Source: Octopus sinensis
Lineage: Eukaryota
Direction: 5' to 3'
NCBI RefSeq assembly: GCF_006345805.1
Contig: NC_043006.1
Coordinates: 81,220,001-81,284,000 of the forward strand
DNA: 64,000 nucleotides
This document shows, one piece after another, positions 11,660-24,566 of the stretch (within the stretch, counting starts at the first letter, position 1; each line of letters starts with the position of its first letter). A model generated the notes under the pieces. The model did not search any database, was not told the origin of the DNA, and saw only the letters and a program-made list of their open reading frames with translations. A program made the translations under genes and the position numbers.

Positions 11660-12051
11660 GAAATATAACTATCCTCTTTATTCCAAGACCAAATTTAGTA
11701 GTAGTAGATAAAAGTAATAGAAAGTGCCAGATAATTGACTTTACGTTATTATGAGGGATATAGAAAACATAGTAAAATATGAGGACCTAGCCATTGAATT
11801 ACAAAGTCTATGGAAAGTGCGGGTAAAATGTATCCAAGTAGACACAGGTGCATTGAGAACTATCCCTAAAGATTTGAACAGACGGATAGAGGAAATAGGC
11901 ATAAAACCCAGTTTAGTACAGCTCCAGAAGCAGTGTCATTAGGGACAGCTGGAATACTTAGAAGGGTTCTTGGCATCTGAGGCTACTTGTTGTAGTATCG
12001 ATGTTAGGATTCTATTCTTTTCCAACAGTCTAATCTATTAAGTTTATATGA
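11660..12051 (+). pseudogene. R4/Dong-type LINE 3' end 3 (RLE C-terminus plus 3' UTR)
   Basis: RPNLVVVDKSNRKCQIIDF..., ORF 11751-11942 IVKYEDLAIELQSLWKVRVKCIQVDTGALRTIPKDL, then LGTAGILRRVLGI*. Followed by (TAA)n. Confidence 0.8.
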
Positions 12052-12134
12052 AAATAATAATAATAACAATAATAAGGATAATGATGATAATAATAATAAT
12101 AATAACAATAATAATAATAATAATAATAATAATG

Positions 12135-12177
<43 letters not shown>

Positions 12178-12330
12178 GAAGAAGAAGAAGAAGAAGAGAA
12201 GAAGAAGAGGAGGAAGGAGGAAGAAGAAGAAGAAGAGGGTAAAGAAGAAGAAGAAGAAGAAGAAGAAGAAGAAGAAGAAGAAGAAGAAGAAAAAGAACAA
12301 CAACAACAACAACAACAACATCAACAACAG
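12052..12330. repeat. Compound trinucleotide microsatellite (TAA)n-(GAA)n-(CAA)n
   Basis: Directly visible; source of the spurious poly-I/R/L/F ORFs. Confidence 0.95.
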
Positions 12331-13090
12331 CAAAATCTAGAACAAGAACTAAAAAAAAAGATAAATTTAATCAAATATGCTTGGACGTCATATGTCTTGC
12401 CTACCAAATCGATTAGTCACGAATGGCATCATTCCAGACATTTCACTGCGATCATCATTATATATTTAGTATGGAATCATGCTATACAAAAATTTAGTAC
12501 TGAAAAATCCATAAATCATTCCTTTTTTTTTTTTTATTATGAAAAGTTGAAATTTAAACAAAAATGATTAACAGATTGTGGGTTTATGAAAATATTGTTG
12601 ACGTCATTTTTCCTTTAAAATCCACAACTATGAATACTGCATTTCACGTCCTGTGTATTTCGTCTAAAGTGGTCAATCACTAACTTCAAATGAACAGACA
12701 TGTATGAAACTTTGTATAGGCACAAACGTGTATAGGTGTGTGTGACTGGTCGTGTATATGTAGGAATGCGTGCGTGCATACACACGTCTCTCTCTCTTTC
12801 TCTTTCTCTCGCTATATATATATATATATAATCAAAATAAGCAACAAGGACATCCAAGGTAGAGTACAACATTTGTTTCATGGTACTTCATATTATTAAA
12901 CACTGTATGTATTACATCAGTTTTAAAATGTCGAGCAATCTTTAGCCACTTATAGAATTTTCCAATTAAACGAACAATGCACTTTCCTATCCCTACTTCA
13001 TTTGCCAACATTATAATCACCCCATTTGATTTATATGAATAATACCATACAAAATTCTGGTGCCTTTAACTTAAGTACCATATTCATCTG

Positions 13091-13129
<39 letters not shown>

Positions 13130-13154
13130 TATATATATATATATATAGGTGGAG

Positions 13155-13468
13155 AGGTGACCCCCTTCGGTCAGACACTGACCATGGGTTTGCACCTAGA
13201 GAGTTACCCTCTGAGACACAAGTCTGGGCAAGGTTGTTTTATGGAAGACCAGCAGTCGCCCATGCATACCGGCCTCCCCTCTCCACGTCACCGATGATGT
13301 CCAAGGGAAAGGCAAGGGCCGATACAGCTTGTCACCTGTGACGTCGCAACTCATTTCTACAGCTGAGTGGACTGGAGCAACGTGAAATAAAGTGTCTTCC
13401 TCAAGAACACAATACGCAGCCCGGTCCGGGATTCGAACTCACAACCTCACGATCGTAAGCTCGACGCT

Positions 13469-13483
<15 letters not shown>
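13155..13483 (-). mobile_element. tRNA-derived SINE family B (head GGCTCAGTGGTTAGAGCGTCGAGC)
   Basis: Reverse complement of 44116-44448, nearly full length. Confidence 0.85.
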
Positions 13484-13621
<138 letters not shown>

Positions 13622-13764
13622 GTGTAGTTGCCTGATGTGCCTGGAAATTCAGGTAAAGTATGGTGCTATCTATTATATGATTACATTAAATAAGAATTGC
13701 TATTTGTCACTTACAAGAAATCTTGTGAATTTCAATGTTATTACAATCAGAGTAAAAGGTAAAG

Positions 13765-14080
13765 ACTCCCTTCGGTCATGAATGACCACGGAATTGCACT
13801 TAAAAAGTTCCCCTCCGAAGCATAAAATCCGGGCGATGTTGGTTATGGACGACCAGCAGTCGCCAATGCATACCAGGCTCCTCTCTCTATGCCACCGATG
13901 TTATCCAAGGGAATAGCAAAGGCCGATACAGCTTGGCACCAGTGACGTCGCAACTCATTTCTACAGCTGAGTGAACTGGAGCAACGTGAAATAAAGTGTC
14001 TTGCTCAAGAGTACAACACAACACGGTCTGGGAGTTGAAGTTACTACCACGTGATTGTGAGCCCGACGCTCTAACCACTA
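13765..14080 (-). mobile_element. SINE family B, second more diverged copy
   Basis: Shares GTGACGTCGCAACTCATTTCTACAGCTGAGTGAACTGGAGCAACGTGAAATAAAGTGTCTT with 13155-13483. Confidence 0.8.
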
Positions 14081-14621
14081 CAATCAACCGTTATTTAAAA
14101 TACTGAATGATGCGACCTTATGTTTCATATGGATACTTTTATCTTGCAAAAATTACCTTACTTTCTTATAATGAATGAAAACAAAATCAGGAAAAATTAT
14201 CCTAGGTTTTGTCTGCTGTGCGGACATGTTAAACATTTTAGAGAAGAGTTCAGATGCAAGAGATGAAATGGACTGTAATTAATGAATTAAACAACGCTAA
14301 TTGACAGAAATGATGTTGAGATGGGTAAAAAGTTCAAAGAAAATTTCTGATCATTAAGACAAGTGATCAGAGGTTAGATAGTTAAACTGAAGTGTATTGA
14401 AGTTGATTTGATAGTGATGATTTAAACAAGAGTATACTGAAAAGAACAGTGCTGAGAGGAAATACGGACAAATTTGAAAGGAATAGTTGTAGTGTAGGTA
14501 ACACTGGAGAAGTAAATACCGAAACAGAAACGAAGAAATAATAAAAATGAGTGATCTTATTACATAAAATGTTCTTAGTACACAAAAGGTTCTTACAAGA
14601 ACAAGTGCAAAATTATAGTAG

Positions 14622-14707
14622 ATGACACTCGCCCAAGCTGTCACGCAGTGGTCCCGCAACCATGTGGTGGGGAAGCAAGGTCCTTACCACACAGACACGC
14701 CTGCGCC
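14622..14707 (-). mobile_element. SINE family A head fragment
   Basis: Minus strand GGCGCAGGCGTGTCTGTGTGGTAAGG...CCACATGGTTGCGGGACCACTGCG. Confidence 0.7.
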
Positions 14708-14733
14708 TAATTGGCGTCCTTATATACACACAC

Positions 14734-14769
<36 letters not shown>

Positions 14770-14770
<1 letters not shown>

Positions 14771-14823
14771 ATTTCTTTCTCTCTAGTTTCAGCTCAGAGC
14801 TGCGGCCATACTGATGCACCGCC
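14770..14823 (-). mobile_element. Isolated CR1/SINE-type 3' tail
   Basis: Minus strand CGGCGGTGCATCAGTATGGCCGCAGCTCTGAGCTGAAACTAGAGAGAAAG, similar to the tail at 57138-57184. Confidence 0.65.
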
Positions 14824-14824
14824 G

Positions 14825-14888
<64 letters not shown>

Positions 14889-14899
14889 TTTCATTCTTC

Positions 14900-15176
14900 T
14901 ACTCTTTTACTTGTTTCAGTAATTTGACTGCAGCCATGCTGGAGTACCGCATTTAATCGAGCAAATCGACCCCAAGACGTATTCTTTGTAAGTCTAATAC
15001 TTATACTATCGGTCTCTTTTACCGAACCGCTAGGTTACGAGGACGTAAACTCACCAACATCGGTTGCCAAGCGATGGGGAGGAAGAAACACAGATAGACA
15101 TACAAATAGTCAGGCAATCACACACACGCACGCACGCAAAAACACATACATATATATACGTATGTATATATATATA

Positions 15177-15231
<55 letters not shown>

Positions 15232-15399
15232 TATATATATAAGACGCACTTCTCTCAGTTTCCTTCTACCAAATCCACTCACAAGGATTTGGTCGAGACT
15301 ATAGCAGAAAACACTTGTCCAAGGTGCCACGCAGTGGGACTGAACTCTGAACCATGTCGTTCGGAAGCAAGCTTCTTATCACACAACCCTGCCTGCGCC
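14900..15399 (-). mobile_element. SINE family A, full length with expanded internal microsatellite
   Basis: Tail at 14900-14950, head ending CCTGCGCC at 15399; (CA)/(TA) expansion at about 15120-15240. Confidence 0.85.
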
Positions 15400-15407
15400 T
15401 GTATATA

Positions 15408-15450
<43 letters not shown>

Positions 15451-15456
15451 TATATA

Positions 15457-15502
<46 letters not shown>

Positions 15503-15514
15503 ATATTATGTACG

Positions 15515-15581
<67 letters not shown>

Positions 15582-15623
15582 ATATATATGTGTGTGTGTG
15601 TATACATATATATGTATATATAT

Positions 15624-15696
<73 letters not shown>

Positions 15697-15722
15697 GTAT
15701 GTGTGAATGCGTGTGTGTGTGT
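15400..15722. repeat. Long compound (TA)n/(TG)n microsatellite
   Basis: Directly visible. Confidence 0.95.
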
Positions 15723-18700
15723 AAAAATTCACTACATTAACACTCTCATTCTTTGCCGTTTTATCGTTCTAGTTTAAATATTAATCGGACTATTACCTTT
15801 GTTTCTCTCTCCGTTGAACTGTCCATAAAATGGAGTCAGTTAATATCGCCGAAATGCATGTATTACTCTGCTTTTGGTGCTTATATTCTTGAAAAACGAT
15901 AGATTATTTTCCCGATAAAAACGTTTAAGTTGGAAAGAAACCTACTTTTCATTAGTAGTTATAGTCTTGTATTTCAACAGATGCTGATGCTATACTTTAT
16001 TTACTATTTCTTATACTTCAACAAAATTCTCTTGCTTACAACATGACAATACGTACGTTGTTTATATACGTACAGTAATCTTAATATTCGCTTACGCATG
16101 GCCAATGTTTGCTTCTACTACTATAAGTATTTAATTCTCTTATAGAAATACTTTCACTTATATCTTTGTCTAACAAAAAGAACATCTGGCTGACATTTGA
16201 TAATAGCACAATATACTACTATTACTTACAATGTATTTTGACAGATTTTTATACCTAATATCCACTACTAATTACAGTAGGTTTCAACAGCAAAATTGTT
16301 GTACATAGCTGCTGATACATTTTAAAGCTGTAATTTTTCAGTACACTGCATTTTCACTGCCGCATTCAAATATGTCTCTGTTGATAAATGTAATATATTC
16401 CAACTGCTACTTCACATTTATACTTTTTGGTTAGAATAAGTTGTTATTACAACTCCTTCCTTTCTGCCAACGTTTCCAATGCCCATTGTAAATGCCAGAC
16501 TGAAAATACAACCAATCTAACTTAACGGGAATTTCGAAACAACAATGTAGCTTAAACTATGCGAAAATAAAAGTAAAGAAAAAGAAAGACTCTTTAAATT
16601 ATATCAATTCAATAAAATGTAAAACTCATCTAACTATCTGACAATAAGAGACGGATAACGAATAAATTCGATACCATTATGTAACAGAAATATATAAATC
16701 TATTCACATTGTAAAATACGAACGTTTTATGAATACTACAATAGAGAATATAATATTTGCAATGTAACACTGACTTTTATAAAGAGCACTGAAGCTTAAA
16801 TCAGTCAATATCGCTATCAATGTACATTATTTACTACTATTCGTACAGAGCTTTAGGCCATTTTAAAGAAGCCATTTTCTCAACAATCTCTAATAATTCA
16901 ACCGGTAATGTCTCAATTATGGTACAACCTTTCTATATAGCACTTACCAATGTAAAACAAAGTAGGTAATAGCAGCATTTTTTTTTTTTTAGTTTATATT
17001 GTTATTTACCGTAGAAGCTAATGAGGAAGGTTTTATAGTCTGGCTAAAAAAAGAGAAACAGTGATATTATATTCTTTTTCAACCATTTAAAAAAGGAACC
17101 AATATCTTGTGAATACTAAAACATAGACAAGTATATTAAATTTTTTATAGTAAATCATGTTTGCATCTTACAGGTTTGTAATAATACATGTTTCTGTTCT
17201 ACTGAAAAGTGCTTCTCGTCAGTCACAAAGACACACACGCATATATTCCCTCTCACACACACACGTACGCACACATACGTACACACACACACACACACAC
17301 ACGTGTGTATGTGTTACGTGTGTATGTGTGTGCGACATTTAGGTAAATGTCATTTTCTGTAGCGCCAAGTTCATCCATACCTTGCGAATGAAACTGAATT
17401 GATTGAAACCAAATAGAAATGTGTCGGGTAGGTTGTACATTTTTACACGTGTCTGTGGTATGCCCACCTCACCTCTATTTTAATTCAGGAGTGAGTAATT
17501 TCTAAGCTCTAATCCTGGAGGGACGTAAATACCCGGCTCTGCTGTAATATATATTACATCGAAGGGTTTCCTCGCTAATTTCAGTCCCACTTCGGTATAG
17601 GAAAATACAAACTTGGTATGTCTGGATATCATCAATATATATATAACTGATTGTGAAACACCAACTCTTAACTCATAATGTTAACACTCTTTTTATTGAG
17701 GTACTGTCGGTTCTCGATGCTAATCTAATGATAAATAATAAAGTGATAAAACTATTACTTTTTCACTATATTTTGTCTTTACTGGTATTTACATCTGACA
17801 ATTCAAGTAGGTTTAAATCACTTATTTTAGTTATTTCCTACAATCACAATATTAAAAAGCGATGTTTTTATGAATTTTTGAAACTTCCATAAGTATCAAT
17901 AAAAACTAAAGGAAGCAACAAAATCGAGTTATTTATTATAATTTTTTTATTGAAATTAATGAAACAGGAAGAAAAAAAACAACCTAAAAAGAAAACAAAC
18001 CATATTATCAAATATTAAAGGAAATTTTATTAACCACCTACGTCTAACATGAAGTGAAAGAGAAAAATAATGGCGATTCCATATAATACTGAAGGCAGGA
18101 AAATGAGATGAAAAAATAAAAACATACCAAAAACTACAAATCCACCAATGGGAAATACATTTCGGTAATTTTCTCGATATTTTCACAAGATTTATTAGAA
18201 AGACTTGAAATGGTGACACCTACGAAAATTCCATTTATGGCAGTGAAATATTTCTTAGCAAATATATGAACTTATGAACAGTATAAGTTTAAATATAAAA
18301 TGTGATTCATTACAATACCACAAAACCTCAATAAATATAGAAAGGAAAATGAGATATTATGAATATATCAAAACAACAGGTGTATATAACTTTCGCGTCG
18401 CCACCATGGCTATGAAAGATGGACGTTACTGTACACTCTGTGTTAAAGTATATATCAATATCAGACACAATATATTACGTCTTTGAAACTAAATCGAGAA
18501 TAATCTATAATACTAGGAAAAATAGTAGAGTAAAATCGAATGTAGAAATATTGTGCAGCAATGTTACTAAAACATTGTATTACAAGACAAAACAATTTCA
18601 TTATATTTAATCAATTACGAAACAATCAAACAGGAATTTTATTTTCTGCTCCAGAGATTGTTAAATATTTTGTTGTTTTTTTAATTTTTTTTTAAGAATA

Positions 18701-18936
18701 CGTTCATTGTTCAATGGATTGATTTGAGTTGAAATGACGTCAAATTTTTCTAGGAACATTGAAAATTTTCACTGTTTCCCCATCTTCCACTAATAGTTCC
18801 TCGTTTATCTAAACATGAAAATAGACGTCTGCACATAGTCCAGTGTGCGCGTGCACTCACACATATATTGAGGTAGATATATTGATAATTTGAAAGATAC
18901 GTAAATACTTTGATAGATGTGTATTTATGTATGTAC

Positions 18937-18984
<48 letters not shown>

Positions 18985-19084
18985 AAGTATAAATACACAG
19001 CATTAATGTATGTACACACGCATGCGCAACATACAGGCACACGCACACACACACTCACACACATATATACATATACATGTCCTG

Positions 19085-19385
19085 TTAATTGCATTTGTAT
19101 TTGTGTAACATTTCTCTGTTTTTCTTCCGTCCTTGTTTTCGTATACGTTCGCTGCTTTCTTCCAAGGAATCTAATGCTTTTAGCTTAGGTTTTCCTTGGG
19201 GTTGGCCAGATTGGAGCAATCTCAGGTATAACCAACCAAGCTTGCAAAGATAATCTGGAATTCGACTGAGGGTAGAAAACTCCGAATGACTCGCCTTTGT
19301 TTTCTTTGTTTCGTCTGTCTGGATGTTTTGTTGTCCATTTTTTATATCACCTAACTGTCTGGATGTTTTGCGTTCTTGTTCCATA
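19085..19385. repeat. Dispersed repeat of unknown class, homologous to the arms of the 39345-39902 palindrome
   Basis: Shares CCGTCCTTGTTTTCGTATAC, TTCCAAGGAATCTAATG, GGCCAGATTGGA, AAAGATAATCTGGAA and GAAAACTCCGAATGACTCG with 39340-39570. Confidence 0.75.
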
Positions 19386-19387
19386 TT

Positions 19388-19560
19388 ATATCTATAATTT
19401 AAAATCCGTTCTGTCTGTCTGTGTGTGTATCTTCTAGGATATCGGGCATCCTCCATCCTATTGCGCTCAAATTTGATATGTAGATACTGACGGTATCAGG
19501 GCGTGCATAAGTCTTGCAAAAAATTACAAAAATCCATTCCAGGTGAATAGGCGTTAGATA
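19388..19560 (-). mobile_element. Helitron/HINE-like terminal fragment
   Basis: TATCTATAATTTAAAATCCGTTCTGTCTGTCTG...CTCAAATTTGATATGTAG, the same terminal style as 9241-9360. Confidence 0.4.
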
Positions 19561-19804
19561 AAGTCATGGGAACGTGCATTTGTATGCGCAAGTACATCAG
19601 CTGTTGCGATCGATACTACGCGTACGTGAGAAAATGCACGGTGTCTCGAATTTAGGATAAATCAGTGTTTTTCAAAAGGGAGGCCTATTGGACTGTCGGA
19701 CAAGTTGTTTTGAGAAAATTTAGTTTAAAAGTTTGACAACTCAGCACGGGGTGCGTTTTGATCGTATATATATATACATATATATATATATGACCAAAAT
19801 GTTT

Positions 19805-20147
19805 GGCGAGGTGGTCAGTCAAAAAGATACACCCCAGTCCGCAACTGGTACTTAATTTATCGACCCAGAAAGGATGAAAGGTAAAGTCGATCTCGGTGGA
19901 ATTTGAACTCACTACGTACAGACAGATGAAATCCCTATTTCTTTACTATCCACAAGGAGCTAAACACAAAGAGGACAAACAAGGAGAGACAAACGGATTA
20001 AGTCGATTATATCGACCCCAGTTCGTAACCCCGAAAGGATGAAAGGCAAAGTCGACCTCGGCGGAATTTGAACTCAGAACGTAGCAGCAGACGAAATACC
20101 GCTAAGCATTTCGCCCGGTGTGCTAATGATTCTGCCAGCTCGCCGCC
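19805..20147 (-). mobile_element. SINE family C: one near-complete copy (19930-20147) plus an adjacent partial copy (19805-19925)
   Basis: Minus-strand head GGCGGCGAGCTGGCAGAATCATTAGC and core GTCGACTTTGCCTTTCATCCTTTCGGGG; matches 57486-57720. Confidence 0.85.
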
Positions 20148-20332
20148 TTATGCAGAGAGTATATATTAGAACTACAGGTCTTATTCTTTTAGTGTTTTAC
20201 ATATTTCTCCGTCAGACTGCGGTTCAGTAAAAGAGCGATAAATACATAAATACCGCAGCTGAAAAGCGCTAGTGCTGATTTGTACGACTAAACTCTGAAA
20301 CAAATAAAATATTAAAAATGAAAGAAGAGATG

Positions 20333-21105
20333 CGCAGGCATGGCTGTGTGGTAAGAAGCATCTTTCCATACCGCATGCCACCGGGTTCAGTGCCACTGCG
20401 TAACACTTTGAGTGAGAGTCTTCTTATATTGTCTCTGGCCGACCGAAGCCTTATGAGTGAATTTGGTGGACGCAAACTAAAAGAAGCTTAGTATATGTGT
20501 GTGTGTATGCGTGTGTGTGAGTGTGTGTGTATGTGTGTATGTGTGTGAGTCTGTGTGTCTGTTTTTGTGCCTAGCTTATCCCCAAACCACCGTTTCACAC
20601 CACTTGTGTTTGCGTCACCGGAATTCAGCCGTTCCACAGAAGATCCTGATAGAAAGAGTAGAAGGCTTAACAACAAAAAAAACATGCTGGACTCAATTCA
20701 TTTGACTAAAATTCAAGGCGAACTCCCAACAGGGGAGTGGCTGTGTAGCTGTGTGGTAAGTAGCTTGCTTACCAACCACATATTTCCGGGTTCAGTCCCA
20801 CTGCGTGTCACATTGAGCAGCAAATGTCTTCTACTGTAGTCTCGAGCCTTGCGAGTAGATTTGGTAGACGAAAACTGAAAAAGGTCCGCCGAATTGTGTG
20901 TGTGTTTGTATGTCCGTGTTTGTCCTCCTATCATTGCTTGGAACCGATGTTGGTGTGTTTACGTCCCCGTAAACTAGCGGTTCGACAAAAGAGACCGATA
21001 GAATAAGTACTAGGCTTACAAAGAATAAGTCCTAGGGTCGATTTCTTCGACTAAAAACAGTAATTCAGCATGGACGCAGTCAAAATGACTGAAACAAGTA
21101 ATAAG
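20333..21105 (+). mobile_element. Two tandem SINE family A copies (20333-20710 degraded; 20735-21105)
   Basis: Two heads (GCGCAGGCATGGCTGTGTGGTAAG; GAGTGGCTGTGTAGCTGTGTGGTAAG). Tail GCAGTCAAAATGACTGAAACAAGTAA at about 21076-21100. Confidence 0.8.
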
Positions 21106-21573
21106 ATGGAAGACAAAATAAGAATATATATCTATATATATCTATATATATATATATGAATATACGTTGACATAGAACCAACGTTGAACCCAATGTTCGC
21201 AATATTACCGAATCTGGAACTTAACTATGGTCTGTCTATAGCACTTATTCAGCATTACCTGACACCTTTGACTGATGAAGGAAATGGAAGACAGGTTCGA
21301 GACTATTCCTTATTCAGTAAGATGATCCTTTCTGTCCCTCCTGCAACTGTTTCGTTGTAGGTAGCACTGCGCTGCATCAATCTTCGCAGTGTATATCACA
21401 ACAGGTACATGCATAAAGAAAGGGATGTTCCGCTAGATATACTGAGATGTTCTCGCCCGATATATTATGCAGAGAGGAGAGAGAGAGAAAGAGAGAGAGA
21501 GAGGGATAGATGATAGATTGCAAGCTACATATATATATATATATTGTATATATATATAGATTATAATATATAT

Positions 21574-21648
<75 letters not shown>

Positions 21649-21769
21649 TTATGTATGTATGTATGTATGTATACAGATAGATAAATGGTAGATAAATAGA
21701 CTGATAGATAGAAAGATAGATAGATAGATTTGTTTCTCTCATTTTTCTCTCTCCTTGTTTTTTTTCTGT

Positions 21770-21898
21770 CCCTTTCTGTAGAAGAGCGTAGGCTCGAAAC
21801 GGAAAAGACCTTTTCTATTCCTGAGCGTTATACTAATACATCTGTTTGTTTTGTACACCACCTGTCTTCGTCTTTTGTTTTTTTCGTAAACTCTCCCT
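21770..21898 (+). mobile_element. Short PLE-terminus-like element with hammerhead-like motif, ending in (GATA)n
   Basis: CTTT-CTGTAGA-A-GAGC-GTAG-GCTC-GAAA-CG-GA-AAAG, then TTCCTGAGCGTTATACTAATAC...CGTAAACTCTCCCT. Homologues at 60855-60940, 63175-63260 and 2440-2545 (minus). Confidence 0.55.
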
Positions 21899-21912
21899 AG
21901 ATAGATAGATAA

Positions 21913-21943
<31 letters not shown>

Positions 21944-21944
21944 T

Positions 21945-22022
<78 letters not shown>

Positions 22023-22040
22023 GGAGAGAGACAGATAGAT
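21899..22040. repeat. (GATA)n microsatellite
   Basis: Directly visible. Confidence 0.95.
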
Positions 22041-23663
22041 ACATCGTGCATTTTCCTGTCATGTACATATGCATATATACATGTATGTATTCATATACAT
22101 CCAGTGAAAGAACATTTCTGACACTTTGGAGACGTTTAACCAGGCTATGCAATATGTTGAAAGCTATTACCTGTAGGAATTTAGGTATACCGATAGTAGT
22201 TACACACATTGGACCGTACCGATTTTCTCATTCTTGTATGATATTGGCTGTTGTTTTTAGCCTTATCATTGATTTCGGTTTTGGAACAAAAGTCGAATTT
22301 TCTATTCCTCTATACTAGACATCGTAATATTAGAGCTTGTCTCGAACTTTTATGTTTATTATTAGATTTTGCTATATGTTATTAGGAACGCTGCTGTTGC
22401 CAAAGTCAATAAAAATATTCACTGGATGTTTGTATAGTATTTCGGCGCCTGATTGCTTAAAATTTAAGCCCCAGTTCATCTGACTTAGCCTTTAATCTCT
22501 TAGAAGCTGATCAATTAAGCGATGTAGTACTTCTATCAATTTTAATTTAATATAAAATAATCTTCACACAAATTTGCTTTACGCAAAAGTGAGAAATCAT
22601 TTTTTAATTTTACTAAAATATAATGGAGATTTCTTAATACTACAAACTTCATAATATTGGCATATTACCACAAATTGTGCGCGAAGCAGTGATCTATTAA
22701 CCCTACGCCATACTTCACTAGTATTTATTTTATCGACCGCTGGAATGATGAAAACTGATTCGACCGATAATCCTACGTTATTCTATACTACAAACCCCTC
22801 AGGCTTGATCTTCACAGATCAGATTGGCACATGATATTCAATTATCTAGAATGTAATATTTTAACAAAGGTTTAGCTTTGTTTATGATGTATAGCAGCGA
22901 ATTTGACTGAATTTTAAGTATGTTCCGATTTCATCCAAGACGTGACGAGTAACAGTTGTTGTATTCAACTGAGAAAGGAAGAGAGAGATGGGGAGAGAAA
23001 GAGAAAAAGAAGGGAGAGAGATAGAGAGGTAGAGAGAAAGAGTGGGAATTATTTCATCTTATTCTAATGTTTTACTTCAGAACTTTGTCAATGATAAGGT
23101 GAAAATCAAACCTGTGGAATAGAGGAATTGTAGTGATGAATAAGAATAAGACAACAACGAGAGAAATGAAGCATACTGCAATGAAAGAAAGAGAAATTGA
23201 AAAATATTTTACCTTATCTTACCGAGTTACTTCATATGTTTGATAATCCTAGGGCCTGCATCAAGTCAGTGGAGCAGGAAACATATGGTAAAGAATAATA
23301 ACAGAATATAACAAAGATGAGAATGGATGGAGGACTTTGTATATTTTCCAAAGGAACCAAATTTGAATTATTAACTGGCATTCACTTGCAATGGCCAAAT
23401 AGTATATTTATACAAAAGTATGTCGTGTCTTGTTACTCTCGTGGTTAATGATAACATGTAGCGCAGTACAACCTGTTGTACGCGTGGGTCGTAGGCGACT
23501 TAAGCCGCAAAGTCACCAAGTAAGTAGGGTGTTTGTTTTTAACATACTACAGGATAAAAAAACAAGACCCTCAAAGCTGGTTAAATCAGAGGAGTCAATG
23601 GTCTTTCAAGTACAGCATATACTTACATAAATATGTACATATGCATACAAGATTATATATATA

Positions 23664-24063
23664 GGCGCAGGAGTGGCTGTGTGGTAAGTAGCTTGCTAAC
23701 CAACCACATGGTTCCGGGTTCAGTCCCACTGCGTGGCATCTTGGGCAAGTGTCTTCTGCTACAGCCCCGGGCCGACCAATGCCTTGTGAGTGGATTTGGT
23801 AGACGGAAACTGAAAGAAACCTGTCGTATATATGTATATATATGTATGTGTGTGTTTGTGTGTCTGTGTTTGTCCCCCTAACATTGCTTGACAACCGATG
23901 CTGATGTGTTTACGTCCCCGTCACTTAGCGGTTCGACAAAGACACCGATAGAATAAGTACTGGGCTTACAAAGAATAAGTCCTGGGGTCGATTTGCTCGA
24001 CTAAAGGTGGTGCATCAGCATGGCCGCAGTCAAATGACTGAAACAAGTAAAAGAGTAAAGAGT
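23664..24063 (+). mobile_element. SINE family A, full length and well preserved
   Basis: Complete head, body and tail ending GAAACAAGTAAAAGAGTAAAGAG. Confidence 0.9.
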
Positions 24064-24098
24064 ATATATATGTATGTATGTATGTTTATGCATACAAG

Positions 24099-24145
<47 letters not shown>

Positions 24146-24148
<3 letters not shown>

Positions 24149-24468
24149 TGTGTGTGTATATGTATATATATATATATATATATGTATATTTATATATATA
24201 TATATATATATAATAATAAATATTAGGGAATAAATCCAAAATTACAGGGAAAAAATCAGATTTAGGATTAAATCCAATTTTATAGTAAAATATTATATAA
24301 TATTAATTCGTTACTTTATTTATTTATTTATTTACTATTTATTTATTTATTTATTTATTTATTTACTTTATTTATTTATTTATTTACTTTATATTAAAAA
24401 TTTTTATGTATTGATTAAGTATTTCCTTGTTTGATTTGCAAAATAGTGGTTTTGTCTCGAATTAATAT

Positions 24469-24527
<59 letters not shown>

Positions 24528-24528
24528 A

Positions 24529-24566
<38 letters not shown>

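Noticed and set aside
18400-18486. Perfect Kozak GCCACCATGG
   Set aside because: It opens only a 26-codon frame with no similarity I recognise.
23075-23215. Minus-strand hydrophobic frame (CFISLVVVLFLFITTIPLF) after a pyrimidine tract and CAG
   Set aside because: No start codon or plausible upstream exon; a GA-rich plus strand gives such frames by chance.
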